The notes beneath the pieces were generated by a model, which searched no databases, was not told the origin of the DNA, and saw nothing but the letters and a program-made list of their open reading frames with translations. From contig NC_057757.1 of the NCBI RefSeq assembly GCF_004010195.1, positions 5,465,093 through 5,510,502 of the forward strand: 45,410 nt of DNA. The letters run 5' to 3'. This stretch comes from Chiloscyllium plagiosum (lineage: Eukaryota). The position numbers and the translations under genes are program-made. Below, piece after piece: positions 22,783 to 35,261 of this stretch (position 1 is the first letter of the stretch; each line of letters begins with the position of its first letter).

Positions 22783-23511
22783 CCAGGTCGTAGACTGCGT
22801 CATAAAGCCCCGGCTGGTGCTTGTCTTTGGGGCTGGGCGGTGCCGAGCGCGTCACCTTGGGGCTGGGGGGTTCCGGTAGGCCGCAGGCTGCCACGGGCCG
22901 ACGAGAGGCCATCTCCTCCGCCACGGGGGGGGGCTGCTCGCCGGCCGGGGGCAGCTGCCGCTTCTGGATGTGGAGGTTCAGCTCGCCCACGCACTTGGAG
23001 ATCTTGTCCAGGTCGGAGGCCGTGTACCGCTGCCTGAGGAGAGCGAGCCTCTGCTGAGGTAAGTGCGGTGCGTCCGCCACGGGGGCTACCGGTCTGTTCC
23101 GTCGTAAGGGTTTGGGCACTGCGTTGGGGGGCCTGGCCGGCGGCCGGGGCCGGAGCCTGTCCTCCTTAGAGATGACCTGCGACCCGGGCGGGAGGGAGAG
23201 GGCGCCGTTTCCGCCATTGACCTCATCTCTCAAAATGGCCGCCTCCTGCTCCTCCGGGCGCGTGACGCCTTCCTTCTCCTCTGTCCCGGAGAGATCCGCG
23301 TCGGTGACGTGCAGGATGAAATGGAAATGCCCGGTCCCCGAGGAATCTGAGCCGGAGTGATCGGAACCGTCCGTCTCGTCCTGGCCTTCAGGCAGTGCTT
23401 TCCAGACCAGCACCATCCCGGGCCTTTGGAGGTGACACATGCATGGACAACCGGGCGGACAGTGCCACACTTCCGCCGTCTCTCCAGCCGCTGGCAACTC
23501 CATCTCGAGTC
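22783..23511 (-). CDS. ARHGEF15: Ephexin-family RhoGEF coding exon 2 (Pro-rich N-terminal region, GLEMELPAAG...GLYDAVYDL)
   Basis: Polypyrimidine acceptor cttctctttcccacAG; donor G|GTACGG; 729 nt, phase 1-1; GC-rich open frame matching ORF 22550..23503. Confidence 0.8.
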
Positions 23512-24615
23512 CTGTGGGAAAGAGAAGAGGGAGGAGGGTGCGCGGAAATCAGGCTTTTAAAGAAATAAATCAACCATCGCCTGACAAACTCACCCCCTGG
23601 CGTCAAAAACTTAGGAACTAGGCTGTTCAGCCCTTTGTACCTCATCCACCATTCGGAGAAACCAGCAGGAGGCCGTTCAGCCCTCCGAGGCACTCTGCTG
23701 TTCAACAGGATTCATGGCCGACTGTCCAACTCACTCCCCCCGTTCCCGCTTGCAGCCCCAAGAACTATATCTAACTCCGTAAAAAAATGTCAATATTTTG
23801 GTCTCAATCCCTTCCCATGGCAGTAAATTCCACAGGCTCCCCACTCTCTGGGTGAGAGAGAGAGAAGGTCTCTGGGTGAAGACATTTCTCACTGTCTCAG
23901 CCCAAAATGGCCCACCCGGTATCCTTGAACTGTGACCCCTGGGTTCAGGAGTCACTGGTCATTGGGAACAATGCTCCTGCGTTTAACCCTCTCCAGTCCT
24001 ATTAGAATCTGATTGATTGTAAATGGATGGATCTCATAGAAACCAAAGACCCTTCCTACATTGTTTATAATCTCGTTCAGTGTCTTCTGTTGGGTAGGAG
24101 ATACAAAAACATGTATTGACAGATTCAAGGCAAGCTTCTTCCCCATTGTTACTAGACTCCAGAATGGACCTCTTAAGTTTAACGATGACCTTGCCCTTTG
24201 TGCACACTCTCTGCAGCTGTAACATTCTATTCCTCGCTCTTTTCCCTCACTCTAATACACTCTGTATGGTGCGAGCTGCCTGTGCTGCACACAAAACAAA
24301 ACTTTTCACTGTACTGAGGTACATGGGATAATAATTAATCGAATCAAAATTTATTTAGTGCCGGTGTGGCAGAACGGCACAACATTCCACCCTCCCCTGG
24401 ATCCTTCGAGAGCTGAGGTTTGGGGAGCAATTTTCAAAAAAAAAAAAGGGGGTGGATGGAAAGGAAGGAAGGGAGGGGGGGGGGGGGCAAGATTTAAAAG
24501 GGATCTAAGGGGCAACTTTTTCACACGGAGGGTGATACGTGCATGGAATGAGCTGCCAGAGGAAGTGATGGAGGCTGGTACAATTGCAACACTTAAAAGG
24601 CATCTGGATGGGTAT

Positions 24616-25098
24616 NNNNNNNNNNNNNNNNNNNNNNNNNNNNNNNNNNNNNNNNNNNNNNNNNNNNNNNNNNNNNNNNNNNNNNNNNNNNNNNNNNNNN
24701 NNNNNNNNNNNNNNNNNNNNNNNNNNNNNNNNNNNNNNNNNNNNNNNNNNNNNNNNNNNNNNNNNNNNNNNNNNNNNNNNNNNNNNNNNNNNNNNNNNNN
24801 NNNNNNNNNNNNNNNNNNNNNNNNNNNNNNNNNNNNNNNNNNNNNNNNNNNNNNNNNNNNNNNNNNNNNNNNNNNNNNNNNNNNNNNNNNNNNNNNNNNN
24901 NNNNNNNNNNNNNNNNNNNNNNNNNNNNNNNNNNNNNNNNNNNNNNNNNNNNNNNNNNNNNNNNNNNNNNNNNNNNNNNNNNNNNNNNNNNNNNNNNNNN
25001 NNNNNNNNNNNNNNNNNNNNNNNNNNNNNNNNNNNNNNNNNNNNNNNNNNNNNNNNNNNNNNNNNNNNNNNNNNNNNNNNNNNNNNNNNNNNNNNNNN
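24616..25098. other. Assembly gap (N run)
   Basis: Ns; other gaps at 3456-3474, 26572-26915 and 36633-36638. Confidence 1.
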
Positions 25099-27050
25099 GA
25101 GGGGAAAGCGAGGGGGGGGAAAGCGAGGGGGAGAAAACGAGAGAGCGAGAGCGAGAAAGAGAAGGAAGAGGAAAGAAAGAAAGAGAGCGAGAGCGAGATA
25201 GATGGAAGGATTTAGTGAAGGGATTTAAGTAGAAGTCGGGATCCACTCCCTCAAGACCCCCCCCCACAACCCCCCCGTTGTCCTGGTGATGACAGTGCAA
25301 CGGAGATCGTCGAGGTGGGGGTTAGGTTTAGGTTCCCAGTCACCCCACCTCTCAGACACTGTGAATGACGTCAAACAGAAGCTCCATCAGAATTGGCACA
25401 AATGCCAATTTTCGAAGCGAGCACCAATGAGCACTGCAGGAGAAGAGGGTGTTGCTGGGTAGGCTGGCCAACCCCTGATTGGTCCCAGTATTGCCACGGC
25501 GAACCCAGACTGGTCCCACTGTTACCCCACACTTTCCGATTCAGTCAGGAACAGCATAAAAACGCTGGCAAGGACCGCTCCACGTGTGGGAATAGACACA
25601 GCTTCGAGGCCCATTGTGACCCCAAAGGTCACACATACAGCAAGATCCCACACAAAGACAAGCAACTGGCGTGATCCATTTGCTTTAAGGACGGTGGGGA
25701 GAGATAGTGGTTACAATCTCTCACCCACCACCACACTCCTCCCCCACCCACCCCCGCACCTCACACATGCCGATCACACATTGGAGAACCGTTCCCCACA
25801 ATCCTCCGGGAGGGCACACCAAGTCTTCGCAGGCAGGGGCAGCACTCCCTAGAGGGGAAGGGTCAGCTTCCATGAAGTGCCCTCAGGACCCTGCAAACCA
25901 CCTGGGTTCGAGTGGTGGGGGAGGGGGGGGAAACAATACTGACCAGGCCTCAGGGCGGTCTCTTGACAATGTGCCTATCTTGCGGCCTAGTTTTCAATTC
26001 TCTTTCCTGCCAACCCTGGCACCTTGTCTGTTACCCACACCTGCCAAGATGCGGGCACCAGGCAATGGGCAGCTGTTTGACCTTTGGCCTGCGTTGACTC
26101 TGAGTTCTTGAGCTCTTCCCCCTACTCTGCAAGTCAGGAGGGAGGGCGAGGCAAGGTCGGAGGTGTTAATCTACACCAGGATTATGGAGTGCGTGCTGTA
26201 TTGTCGGAGGATCTCACTTTCCTTTGGGTTAAAGGTCAAAGGTCCTGCCTCATTTCCATCTCCACCTGTCAACTGACCACCCGGGCCAATAGACCGCCTT
26301 CCAGCAACGTCAGGTTTGAGGTTAGTCAAAAAAAGCACCTCCTCAGTTTGGACTGTGGGAGAATTGGCCTGGAACCTATCCTCATCTCCCCACCCAAGCA
26401 CAGTTTGAACCCACACCCTCCTACATGAGAGATGAGATCACTGCCCCTTAGCCCGAAGTGGGAGACATGGAGCGAGAGTGAGACAGAAAGGAGAGAGGGG
26501 GAGACAGAGCCGGGGGCAGGGGAGAGAGAGACACATGGGTGGGGGGGGGGGAAAGAGAGGGAGAGACACGGNNNNNNNNNNNNNNNNNNNNNNNNNNNNN
26601 NNNNNNNNNNNNNNNNNNNNNNNNNNNNNNNNNNNNNNNNNNNNNNNNNNNNNNNNNNNNNNNNNNNNNNNNNNNNNNNNNNNNNNNNNNNNNNNNNNNN
26701 NNNNNNNNNNNNNNNNNNNNNNNNNNNNNNNNNNNNNNNNNNNNNNNNNNNNNNNNNNNNNNNNNNNNNNNNNNNNNNNNNNNNNNNNNNNNNNNNNNNN
26801 NNNNNNNNNNNNNNNNNNNNNNNNNNNNNNNNNNNNNNNNNNNNNNNNNNNNNNNNNNNNNNNNNNNNNNNNNNNNNNNNNNNNNNNNNNNNNNNNNNNN
26901 NNNNNNNNNNNNNNNGGTAGAGAGAGGGAGAGGGAGAGGGAGAGGGAGACAAGGAAAAAGGGTGAGAGAAAGAGAGCGCGAGGGGGGAGTAAAAGTGGGA
27001 GGATGTTGTGAAACAGAGAGGAGGGAGAGAGAGGACAATGTTTCGTGTAC

Positions 27051-27576
27051 CTTTCGAAGTTTCCTGGCTGGGATGTACTTCCAAAGGCAGCCGTTTGGGC
27101 ACTGGGGGTACCTGACCACCCTCACCATGCATCACTGGGTCATCGGTCAGGCCCGCTGACCTCGCCAGGGGCTTTTTCCGGGCCTTGGGCACGGGCCTGG
27201 TCCCGTCGGGAATGTCCAGCGCTGGTTCTGACCGGACGAGACCTCGAGCCGGTTGCTCCTTGGCTACTGGCTCCTCGCCCTCGGCTAGGCCCGAAGCCTT
27301 GTCGAACAACTCCCGCATCTTCCGGACGTTCCCGGAACTGGAGAGGGCGTCTCCAGCCACTGCCTCATCCGAGGTCTTCCGTTTGGCAGGGACCGGAGGG
27401 CCATTCGGCTCGGCGGAAGGTTCTGGAACGGCGGCAGCGGCAGCGTGAGCTCTGTCCTGCTTCCCGGCCCCGTGGGCTAGCACGGGGGGCTTGGGTTTCA
27501 AGGGTGGCTTGGGCTGCAGTTTTGAGGCCCCTTTCGGTGTCGCCGTCTCCAGCGGTTCCTTGGCCACCGACTCCAT
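27051..27576 (-). CDS. ARHGEF15: Ephexin-family RhoGEF, probable first coding exon (MESVAKEPLE...HPSQETSK); exon extends to 27614 as putative 5' UTR
   Basis: Acceptor ttgttgcgtttctcAG just above 27614; ATG 27576-27574; donor AAG|GTACAC below 27051. 526 nt, ends phase 1 and joins the next exon in frame. The frame is open back to the acceptor, so the start codon is inferred. Confidence 0.72.
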
Positions 27577-27904
27577 CTTAGAAACGGGTTGCCCGTCAAC
27601 ACCCCAAGACGCTTCTGAGAAACGCAACAAACACAAAGGGCTCAGACTTATCAACTCCACCTCGGGATCTGATCAGGATCAGACCAATAGGAATAAACAT
27701 CTCCAGACTCCGAAACAATTCCTGGTCAACTCCACATCATCAGACCCCTCCTGAATAAATCCAACAGACTCATTTTCACAGGAGCGAGGGAGCTCCTACC
27801 AACCCCCAAATCCCCGGGTCAAAGTTCACCCCTCAACTTACGTCACGACAAAATCAAAACAGATCTCCCGGTCGTGTAGCACCTTATTGGGATCCTGCTG
27901 TGCA

Positions 27905-28860
27905 GAGATCATAGAGCAGAACACGGAAACAGACCTTTCGGTCCACATCATCCAGGCCGACCAGGATAGATTAATAGTCCTACATGCTAGCATTTGGCTT
28001 AAAGCCCTCTAAACCCTTCCAATTCCTCCACCACTTCCTGTGGGAGCTCATTCCATACACTTACTACCCTCTACGTGAAAAAGTTGCCCCTTAAATCCCT
28101 TTTAAATCTTTCCCCTCTCTCACCCTAAACCTATGCCCTCTAGTTCTGGACTCCCCCACCCCAGGGAAAAGACCTTGTCTATTCACCCTATCCGTGCCCC
28201 TCATGATTTTATTATCCTCTATAAAGGTCACCCCTCAGCCTCCAACGCTTTAGGGAAAACAGCCCCAGCCTATTCAGCCTCTCCCTATAGCTCAAACCCT
28301 CCAACCTTGGCAATATCCTTATAAACCTTTTCTGAACCCTCTCAAGTTTAACAACATCCTTCCTATAGCAGGGTGACCAGAATTGCACACAATACTCCAA
28401 AAGTGGCCTAACCAATGTCCTGTACAGCCACAACATGACCTCCCAACTCCTGTACTCAATACTCTGACCAATAAAGGAAAGCATACCAAACGCCTTTTTC
28501 ACTAAGGTAAAAACAATGACTGCAGATGCTGGAAACCAGATTCTGGATCAGTGGTGCTGGAAGAGCACAGCAGTTCAGGCAGTAGAAAGTGCCTTCTTCA
28601 CTATCCTATCGACCTGCGACTCCACTTTCAAGGAGCTATGACTATACCTCCTATGTTCACATCCAAATCATTTACATAAATGACAAAAAGCAGTGGACCA
28701 GCACCAATCCTTGTGGCACTCCACTGGTCACAGGCCTCCAGTCTGAAAAGCATCCTTCCACCATCACCCTCTGTCTTCTACCTTTGAGCCAGTTCTGTAT
28801 CCAAATGGCTAGATCTCCCTGTATCCCATGAGATCTAACCTTGCTAACCAGTCTACCCTA
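27905..28860 (-). mobile_element. CR1/HER1-like LINE with a nested Penelope-derived fragment (28505-28590)
   Basis: ORF 28212..28502 is a CR1 RT C-terminus; the insert is flanked by gcctttttcacta / gccttcttcacta (28492-28504, 28591-28603). Confidence 0.85.
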
Positions 28861-29461
28861 AGGTAGATGGTGGGCGGACGTGACCTCTCATAGAGGAATC
28901 TAGAATCGTAGGTCACAGCTTAAAAACAGAGACGAGGAGGAATTGTTTTCCTCAGATTGTCAATGTTCGGAATTCTCTCTGCTCACCCCAGAGGGCCGTG
29001 GTGACTGGGTCACCGAGTACATCAATGGCCAACTTGGACAGAAATTCTTGATAGATGAGGGTGTCAAAAGATTAACTGAAGGAGGGTCATACTGAACTTG
29101 AAATATTAACTCTTGCTTCTCTCTCTCCCCCACAGATACTGCTGTGCTTCTCCAGCTGTTTCACAATATTTTGAGGGAGCTAAGGCTTTTCTCATCAGAG
29201 TGAAGAAGGCCGAGAGGTGACTGTTAGAGGTGTACAAGATGATGAGAGGCTGGACGGCCCAAAGACTTTTTCCCAGGGCGGAAATTGCTATCATGAGGGG
29301 ACATAATTATAAAGTGATCGGAGGAAGGTCTAGGGGAGATGTCAGAGGTAGGTTCTTTACACAGAGAGTGGGGGGTGTGTGGAATGCACTGCCAGCAGTG
29401 GTAGTAGAGTCAGAGACATTGGGGACATTTATGTGACTCTTGGATAGGCACATGGAAGATA

Positions 29462-32400
29462 AGGTTTTTTTGTGTCACTATAGTCTTACCAGAACATAGG
29501 GGCTGCTCTCGGGGAGAGGGAGGGGAGAGGGAGGGAGAAGGAGGTGAGAGAGCGTGAGAGAGCGTGAGAGAGCGTGAGAGAGCGTGAGAGAGCGTGAGAG
29601 AGCGTGAGAGAGCGTGAGAGAGCGTGAGAGAGCGTGAGAGAGCGTGAGAGAGCGTGAGAGAGCGTGAGAGAGCGTGAGAGAGCGTGAGAGAGCGTGAGAG
29701 AGCGTGAGAGAGCGTGAGAGAGCGTGAGAGAGCGTGAGAGAGCGTGAGAGAGCGTGAGAGAGCGTGAGAGAGCGTGAGAGAGCGTGAGAGAGCGTGAGAG
29801 AGCGTGAGAGAGCGTGAGAGAGCGTGAGAGAGCGTGAGAGAGCGTGAGAGAGCGTGAGAGAGCGTGAGAGAGCGTGAGAGAGCGTGAGAGAGCGTGAGAG
29901 AGCGTGAGAGAGCGTGAGAGAGCGTGAGAGAGCGTGAGAGAGCGTGAGAGAGCGTGAGAGAGCGTGAGAGAGCGTGAGAGAGCGTGAGAGAGCGTGAGAG
30001 AGCGTGAGAGAGCGTGAGAGAGCGTGAGAGAGCGTGAGAGAGCGTGAGAGAGCGTGAGAGAGCGTGAGAGAGCGTGAGAGAGCGTGAGAGAGCGTGAGAG
30101 AGCGTGAGAGAGCGTGAGAGAGCGTGAGAGAGCGTGAGAGAGCGTGAGAGAGCGTGAGAGAGCGTGAGAGAGCGTGAGAGAGCGTGAGAGAGCGTGAGAG
30201 AGCGTGAGAGAGCGTGAGAGAGCGTGAGAGAGCGTGAGAGAGCGTGAGAGAGCGTGAGAGAGCGTGAGAGAGCGTGAGAGAGCGTGAGAGAGCGTGAGAG
30301 AGCGTGAGAGAGCGTGAGAGAGCGTGAGAGAGCGTGAGAGAGCGTGAGAGAGCGTGAGAGAGCGTGAGAGAGCGTGAGAGAGCGTGAGAGAGCGTGAGAG
30401 AGCGTGAGAGAGCGTGAGAGAGCGTGAGAGAGCGTGAGAGAGCGTGAGAGAGCGTGAGAGAGCGTGAGAGAGCGTGAGAGAGCGTGAGAGAGCGTGAGAG
30501 AGCGTGAGAGAGCGTGAGAGAGCGTGAGAGAGCGTGAGAGAGCGTGAGAGAGCGTGAGAGAGCGTGAGAGAGCGTGAGAGAGCGTGAGAGAGCGTGAGAG
30601 AGCGTGAGAGAGCGTGAGAGAGCGTGAGAGAGCGTGAGAGAGCGTGAGAGAGCGTGAGAGAGCGTGAGAGAGCGTGAGAGAGCGTGAGAGAGCGTGAGAG
30701 AGCGTGAGAGAGCGTGAGAGAGCGTGAGAGAGCGTGAGAGAGCGTGAGAGAGCGTGAGAGAGCGTGAGAGAGCGTGAGAGAGCGTGAGAGAGCGTGAGAG
30801 AGCGTGAGAGAGCGTGAGAGAGCGTGAGAGAGCGTGAGAGAGCGTGAGAGAGCGTGAGAGAGCGTGAGAGAGCGTGAGAGAGCGTGAGAGAGCGTGAGAG
30901 AGCGTGAGAGAGCGTGAGAGAGCGTGAGAGAGCGTGAGAGAGCGTGAGAGAGCGTGAGAGAGCGTGAGAGAGCGTGAGAGAGCGTGAGAGAGCGTGAGAG
31001 AGCGTGAGAGAGCGTGAGAGAGCGTGAGAGAGCGTGAGAGAGCGTGAGAGAGCGTGAGAGAGCGTGAGAGAGCGTGAGAGAGCGTGAGAGAGCGTGAGAG
31101 AGCGTGAGAGAGCGTGAGAGAGCGTGAGAGAGCGTGAGAGAGCGTGAGAGAGCGTGAGAGAGCGTGAGAGAGCGTGAGAGAGCGTGAGAGAGCGTGAGAG
31201 AGCGTGAGAGAGCGTGAGAGAGCGTGAGAGAGCGTGAGAGAGCGTGAGAGAGCGTGAGAGAGCGTGAGAGAGCGTGAGAGAGCGTGAGAGAGCGTGAGAG
31301 AGCGTGAGAGAGCGTGAGAGAGCGTGAGAGAGCGTGAGAGAGCGTGAGAGAGCGTGAGAGAGCGTGAGAGAGCGTGAGAGAGCGTGAGAGAGCGTGAGAG
31401 AGCGTGAGAGAGCGTGAGAGAGCGTGAGAGAGCGTGAGAGAGCGTGAGAGAGCGTGAGAGAGCGTGAGAGAGCGTGAGAGAGCGTGAGAGAGCGTGAGAG
31501 AGCGTGAGAGAGCGTGAGAGAGCGTGAGAGAGCGTGAGAGAGCGTGAGAGAGCGTGAGAGAGCGTGAGAGAGCGTGAGAGAGCGTGAGAGAGCGTGAGAG
31601 AGCGTGAGAGAGCGTGAGAGAGCGTGAGAGAGCGTGAGAGAGCGTGAGAGAGCGTGAGAGAGCGTGAGAGAGCGTGAGAGAGCGTGAGAGAGCGTGAGAG
31701 AGCGTGAGAGAGCGTGAGAGAGCGTGAGAGAGCGTGAGAGAGCGTGAGAGAGCGTGAGAGAGCGTGAGAGAGCGTGAGAGAGCGTGAGAGAGCGTGAGAG
31801 AGCGTGAGAGAGCGTGAGAGAGCGTGAGAGAGCGTGAGAGAGCGTGAGAGAGCGTGAGAGAGCGTGAGAGAGCGTGAGAGAGCGTGAGAGAGCGTGAGAG
31901 AGCGTGAGAGAGCGTGAGAGAGCGTGAGAGAGCGTGAGAGAGCGTGAGAGAGCGTGAGAGAGCGTGAGAGAGCGTGAGAGAGCGTGAGAGAGCGTGAGAG
32001 AGCGTGAGAGAGCGTGAGAGAGCGTGAGAGAGCGTGAGAGAGCGTGAGAGAGCGTGAGAGAGCGTGAGAGAGCGTGAGAGAGCGTGAGAGAGCGTGAGAG
32101 AGCGTGAGAGAGCGTGAGAGAGCGTGAGAGAGCGTGAGAGAGCGTGAGAGAGCGTGAGAGAGCGTGAGAGAGCGTGAGAGAGCGTGAGAGAGCGTGAGAG
32201 AGCGTGAGAGAGCGTGAGAGAGCGTGAGAGAGCGTGAGAGAGCGTGAGAGAGCGTGAGAGAGCGTGAGAGAGCGTGAGAGAGCGTGAGAGAGCGTGAGAG
32301 AGCGTGAGAGAGCGTGAGAGAGCGTGAGAGAGCGTGAGAGAGCGTGAGAGAGCGTGAGAGAGCGTGAGAGAGCGTGAGAGAGCGTGAGAGAGCGTGAGAG

Positions 32401-34292
32401 AGCGTGAGAGAGCGTGAGAGAGCGTGAGAGAGCGTGAGAGAGCGTGAGAGAGCGTGAGAGAGCGTGAGAGAGCGTGAGAGAGCGTGAGAGAGCGTGAGAG
32501 AGCGTGAGAGAGCGTGAGAGAGCGTGAGAGAGCGTGAGAGAGCGTGAGAGAGCGTGAGAGAGCGTGAGAGAGCGTGAGAGAGCGTGAGAGAGCGTGAGAG
32601 AGCGTGAGAGAGCGTGAGAGAGCGTGAGAGAGCGTGAGAGAGCGTGAGAGAGCGTGAGAGAGCGTGAGAGAGCGTGAGAGAGCGTGAGAGAGCGTGAGAG
32701 AGCGTGAGAGAGCGTGAGAGAGCGTGAGAGAGCGTGAGAGAGCGTGAGAGAGCGTGAGAGAGCGTGAGAGAGCGTGAGAGAGCGTGAGAGAGCGTGAGAG
32801 AGCGTGAGAGAGCGTGAGAGAGCGTGAGAGAGCGTGAGAGAGCGTGAGAGAGCGTGAGAGAGCGTGAGAGAGCGTGAGAGAGCGTGAGAGAGCGTGAGAG
32901 AGCGTGAGAGAGCGTGAGAGAGCGTGAGAGAGCGTGAGAGAGCGTGAGAGAGCGTGAGAGAGCGTGAGAGAGCGTGAGAGAGCGTGAGAGAGCGTGAGAG
33001 AGCGTGAGAGAGCGTGAGAGAGCGTGAGAGAGCGTGAGAGAGCGTGAGAGAGCGTGAGAGAGCGTGAGAGAGCGTGAGAGAGCGTGAGAGAGCGTGAGAG
33101 AGCGTGAGAGAGCGTGAGAGAGCGTGAGAGAGCGTGAGAGAGCGTGAGAGAGCGTGAGAGAGCGTGAGAGAGCGTGAGAGAGCGTGAGAGAGCGTGAGAG
33201 AGCGTGAGAGAGCGTGAGAGAGCGTGAGAGAGCGTGAGAGAGCGTGAGAGAGCGTGAGAGAGCGTGAGAGAGCGTGAGAGAGCGTGAGAGAGCGTGAGAG
33301 AGCGTGAGAGAGCGTGAGAGAGCGTGAGAGAGCGTGAGAGAGCGTGAGAGAGCGTGAGAGAGCGTGAGAGAGCGTGAGAGAGCGTGAGAGAGCGTGAGAG
33401 AGCGTGAGAGAGCGTGAGAGAGCGTGAGAGAGCGTGAGAGAGCGTGAGAGAGCGTGAGAGAGCGTGAGAGAGCGTGAGAGAGCGTGAGAGAGCGTGAGAG
33501 AGCGTGAGAGAGCGTGAGAGAGCGTGAGAGAGCGTGAGAGAGCGTGAGAGAGCGTGAGAGAGCGTGAGAGAGCGTGAGAGAGCGTGAGAGAGCGTGAGAG
33601 AGCGTGAGAGAGCGTGAGAGAGCGTGAGAGAGCGTGAGAGAGCGTGAGAGAGCGTGAGAGAGCGTGAGAGAGCGTGAGAGAGCGTGAGAGAGCGTGAGAG
33701 AGCGTGAGAGAGCGTGAGAGAGCGTGAGAGAGCGTGAGAGAGCGTGAGAGAGCGTGAGAGAGCGTGAGAGAGCGTGAGAGAGCGTGAGAGAGCGTGAGAG
33801 AGCGTGAGAGAGCGTGAGAGAGCGTGAGAGAGCGTGAGAGAGCGTGAGAGAGCGTGAGAGAGCGTGAGAGAGCGTGAGAGAGCGTGAGAGAGCGTGAGAG
33901 AGCGTGAGAGAGCGTGAGAGAGCGTGAGAGAGCGTGAGAGAGCGTGAGAGAGCGTGAGAGAGCGTGAGAGAGCGTGAGAGAGCGTGAGAGAGCGTGAGAG
34001 AGCGTGAGAGAGCGTGAGAGAGCGTGAGAGAGCGTGAGAGAGCGTGAGAGAGCGTGAGAGAGCGTGAGAGAGCGTGAGAGAGCGTGAGAGAGCGTGAGAG
34101 AGAGGAGAGAGAGAGAAGAGGAGAGAGAGGAGAGAGAGAGAGGAGAGAGGCACAACTGGTGGTGCTTTAAACAGAGGGTCACCAGAGCGTGAGGGGGAGG
34201 GTCCTTCATGATAACCTCAAACCGGTGATGGGAATTGAACCCATACTGTTGGTATCACACTGCTCTAAACCGACTGAGCTAAACCGATTTCC
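29462..34292 (-). mobile_element. tRNA-derived SINE inflated by an internal satellite, inserted in a plus-strand CR1 tail (29175-29461 resuming 34293-34400)
   Basis: A-box TAGCTCAGTCGG (34270-34281) and B-box GGTTCAATTCC (34231-34241) on the minus strand; 13-bp direct repeat cacatggaagata / cacatgaaagtta at 29449-29461 and 34293-34305. Confidence 0.7.
29544..34102. repeat. Perfect decamer array (GTGAGAGAGC)n, ~456 copies
   Basis: Uninterrupted identical 10-mer over ~4.56 kb. Confidence 0.98.
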
Positions 34293-34758
34293 CACATGAA
34301 AGTTAGTACAATAAAGGGTATGTAGGTTGTCTGACCTCAGAGTAGGATAAAAGATCGGCACATCTTTGAGGGCCAAAGGGCCTGTTCTATGTTCTATGTT
34401 GCCTTTATTCAAAGGTGCAGGAGTCTAGGCAGGGAATTGGAGATGATCAGCCAGGGTCATGTTGAGCAGTGGACTGTCTCTGGTATTGCTACTTTTCCAG
34501 GTTCCTTGATTTCCCAGCCTGGGACCTCAGTCCCTCAACATTCGCCCCCTCCGGCCTCTTCATCGCCTCACATTCCCATGGCAACACCTCTCAACATTCC
34601 AAACTCCCAGGTTTCCAGGCCTGGGTCTGATCCTGAGAGAGGCAGTGAGTAGACATCACCAAAACCTTTGGCCCATTTCTACGTAGCCCCTAGAGAAGGT
34701 GGGGGTGAGCTTCCTTCTTGACCCACCACAGTCCCGTGGGGTGTAGGGACACTCACAC

Positions 34759-34888
34759 GGGAATCCCAATGAAGAGCTTATGCTCGAAACGTTGACTCTC
34801 CTGCTCCTCGGATGCTGCCTGACCGGCTGGACTTTTCCAGCACCACACATTTGACTTTGATCTCCAGCATCTGCAGTCCTCACTTTCT
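34759..34888 (+). mobile_element. Penelope-derived fragment with mutated hammerhead
   Basis: GAAUC-CCAAUGA-A-GAGC-UUAU-GCUC-GAAAC-GUU-GACUC followed by the family tail ctcctgctcctcggatgctgcctgacc. Confidence 0.65.
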
Positions 34889-35261
34889 CTCTCTACAATG
34901 TCCCCCATCAAACACTCCCAGGACAGAGACAGCACAGGGTTATTATTGAATAGAGCCAGGATACCTCAGTGAAATGGAGCGGGAGGTCAGGAATTCTCTA
35001 TTGTTTAACTCTATTGCTTCCTCTGTGTGTGCTTAAAAGAAAATTGAGGAATTGGTTTAAAAAAGCACATTTATAAAAGAGGAACAATGCTGGTGGTACA
35101 TTTGACAGGAAACCAATTTCCTCTCAAATTGGAAAGTGCCTCATCAGAGACACCAGGTCAACTGTGCTGATCTCCTGTGAAATAGCTCATAGGAACAGGC
35201 CATTCAACCCCTCAGCCTGACATTAGGTCGATTCATACCTTAACTCCATCAGTTTGCCCTT

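Noticed and set aside
24358..27159. Long ORFs containing X runs
   Set aside because: Artefacts of reading through N gaps.
29070..29165. Further hammerhead-like remnant (ctgaagga...gaaat)
   Set aside because: Core and helix II are too degenerate to call; at most an old PLE fragment.
29410..34209. 1599-aa and 1555-aa ORFs (SHALSRSLTL)n
   Set aside because: These are stop-free readings of the decamer array, not genes.
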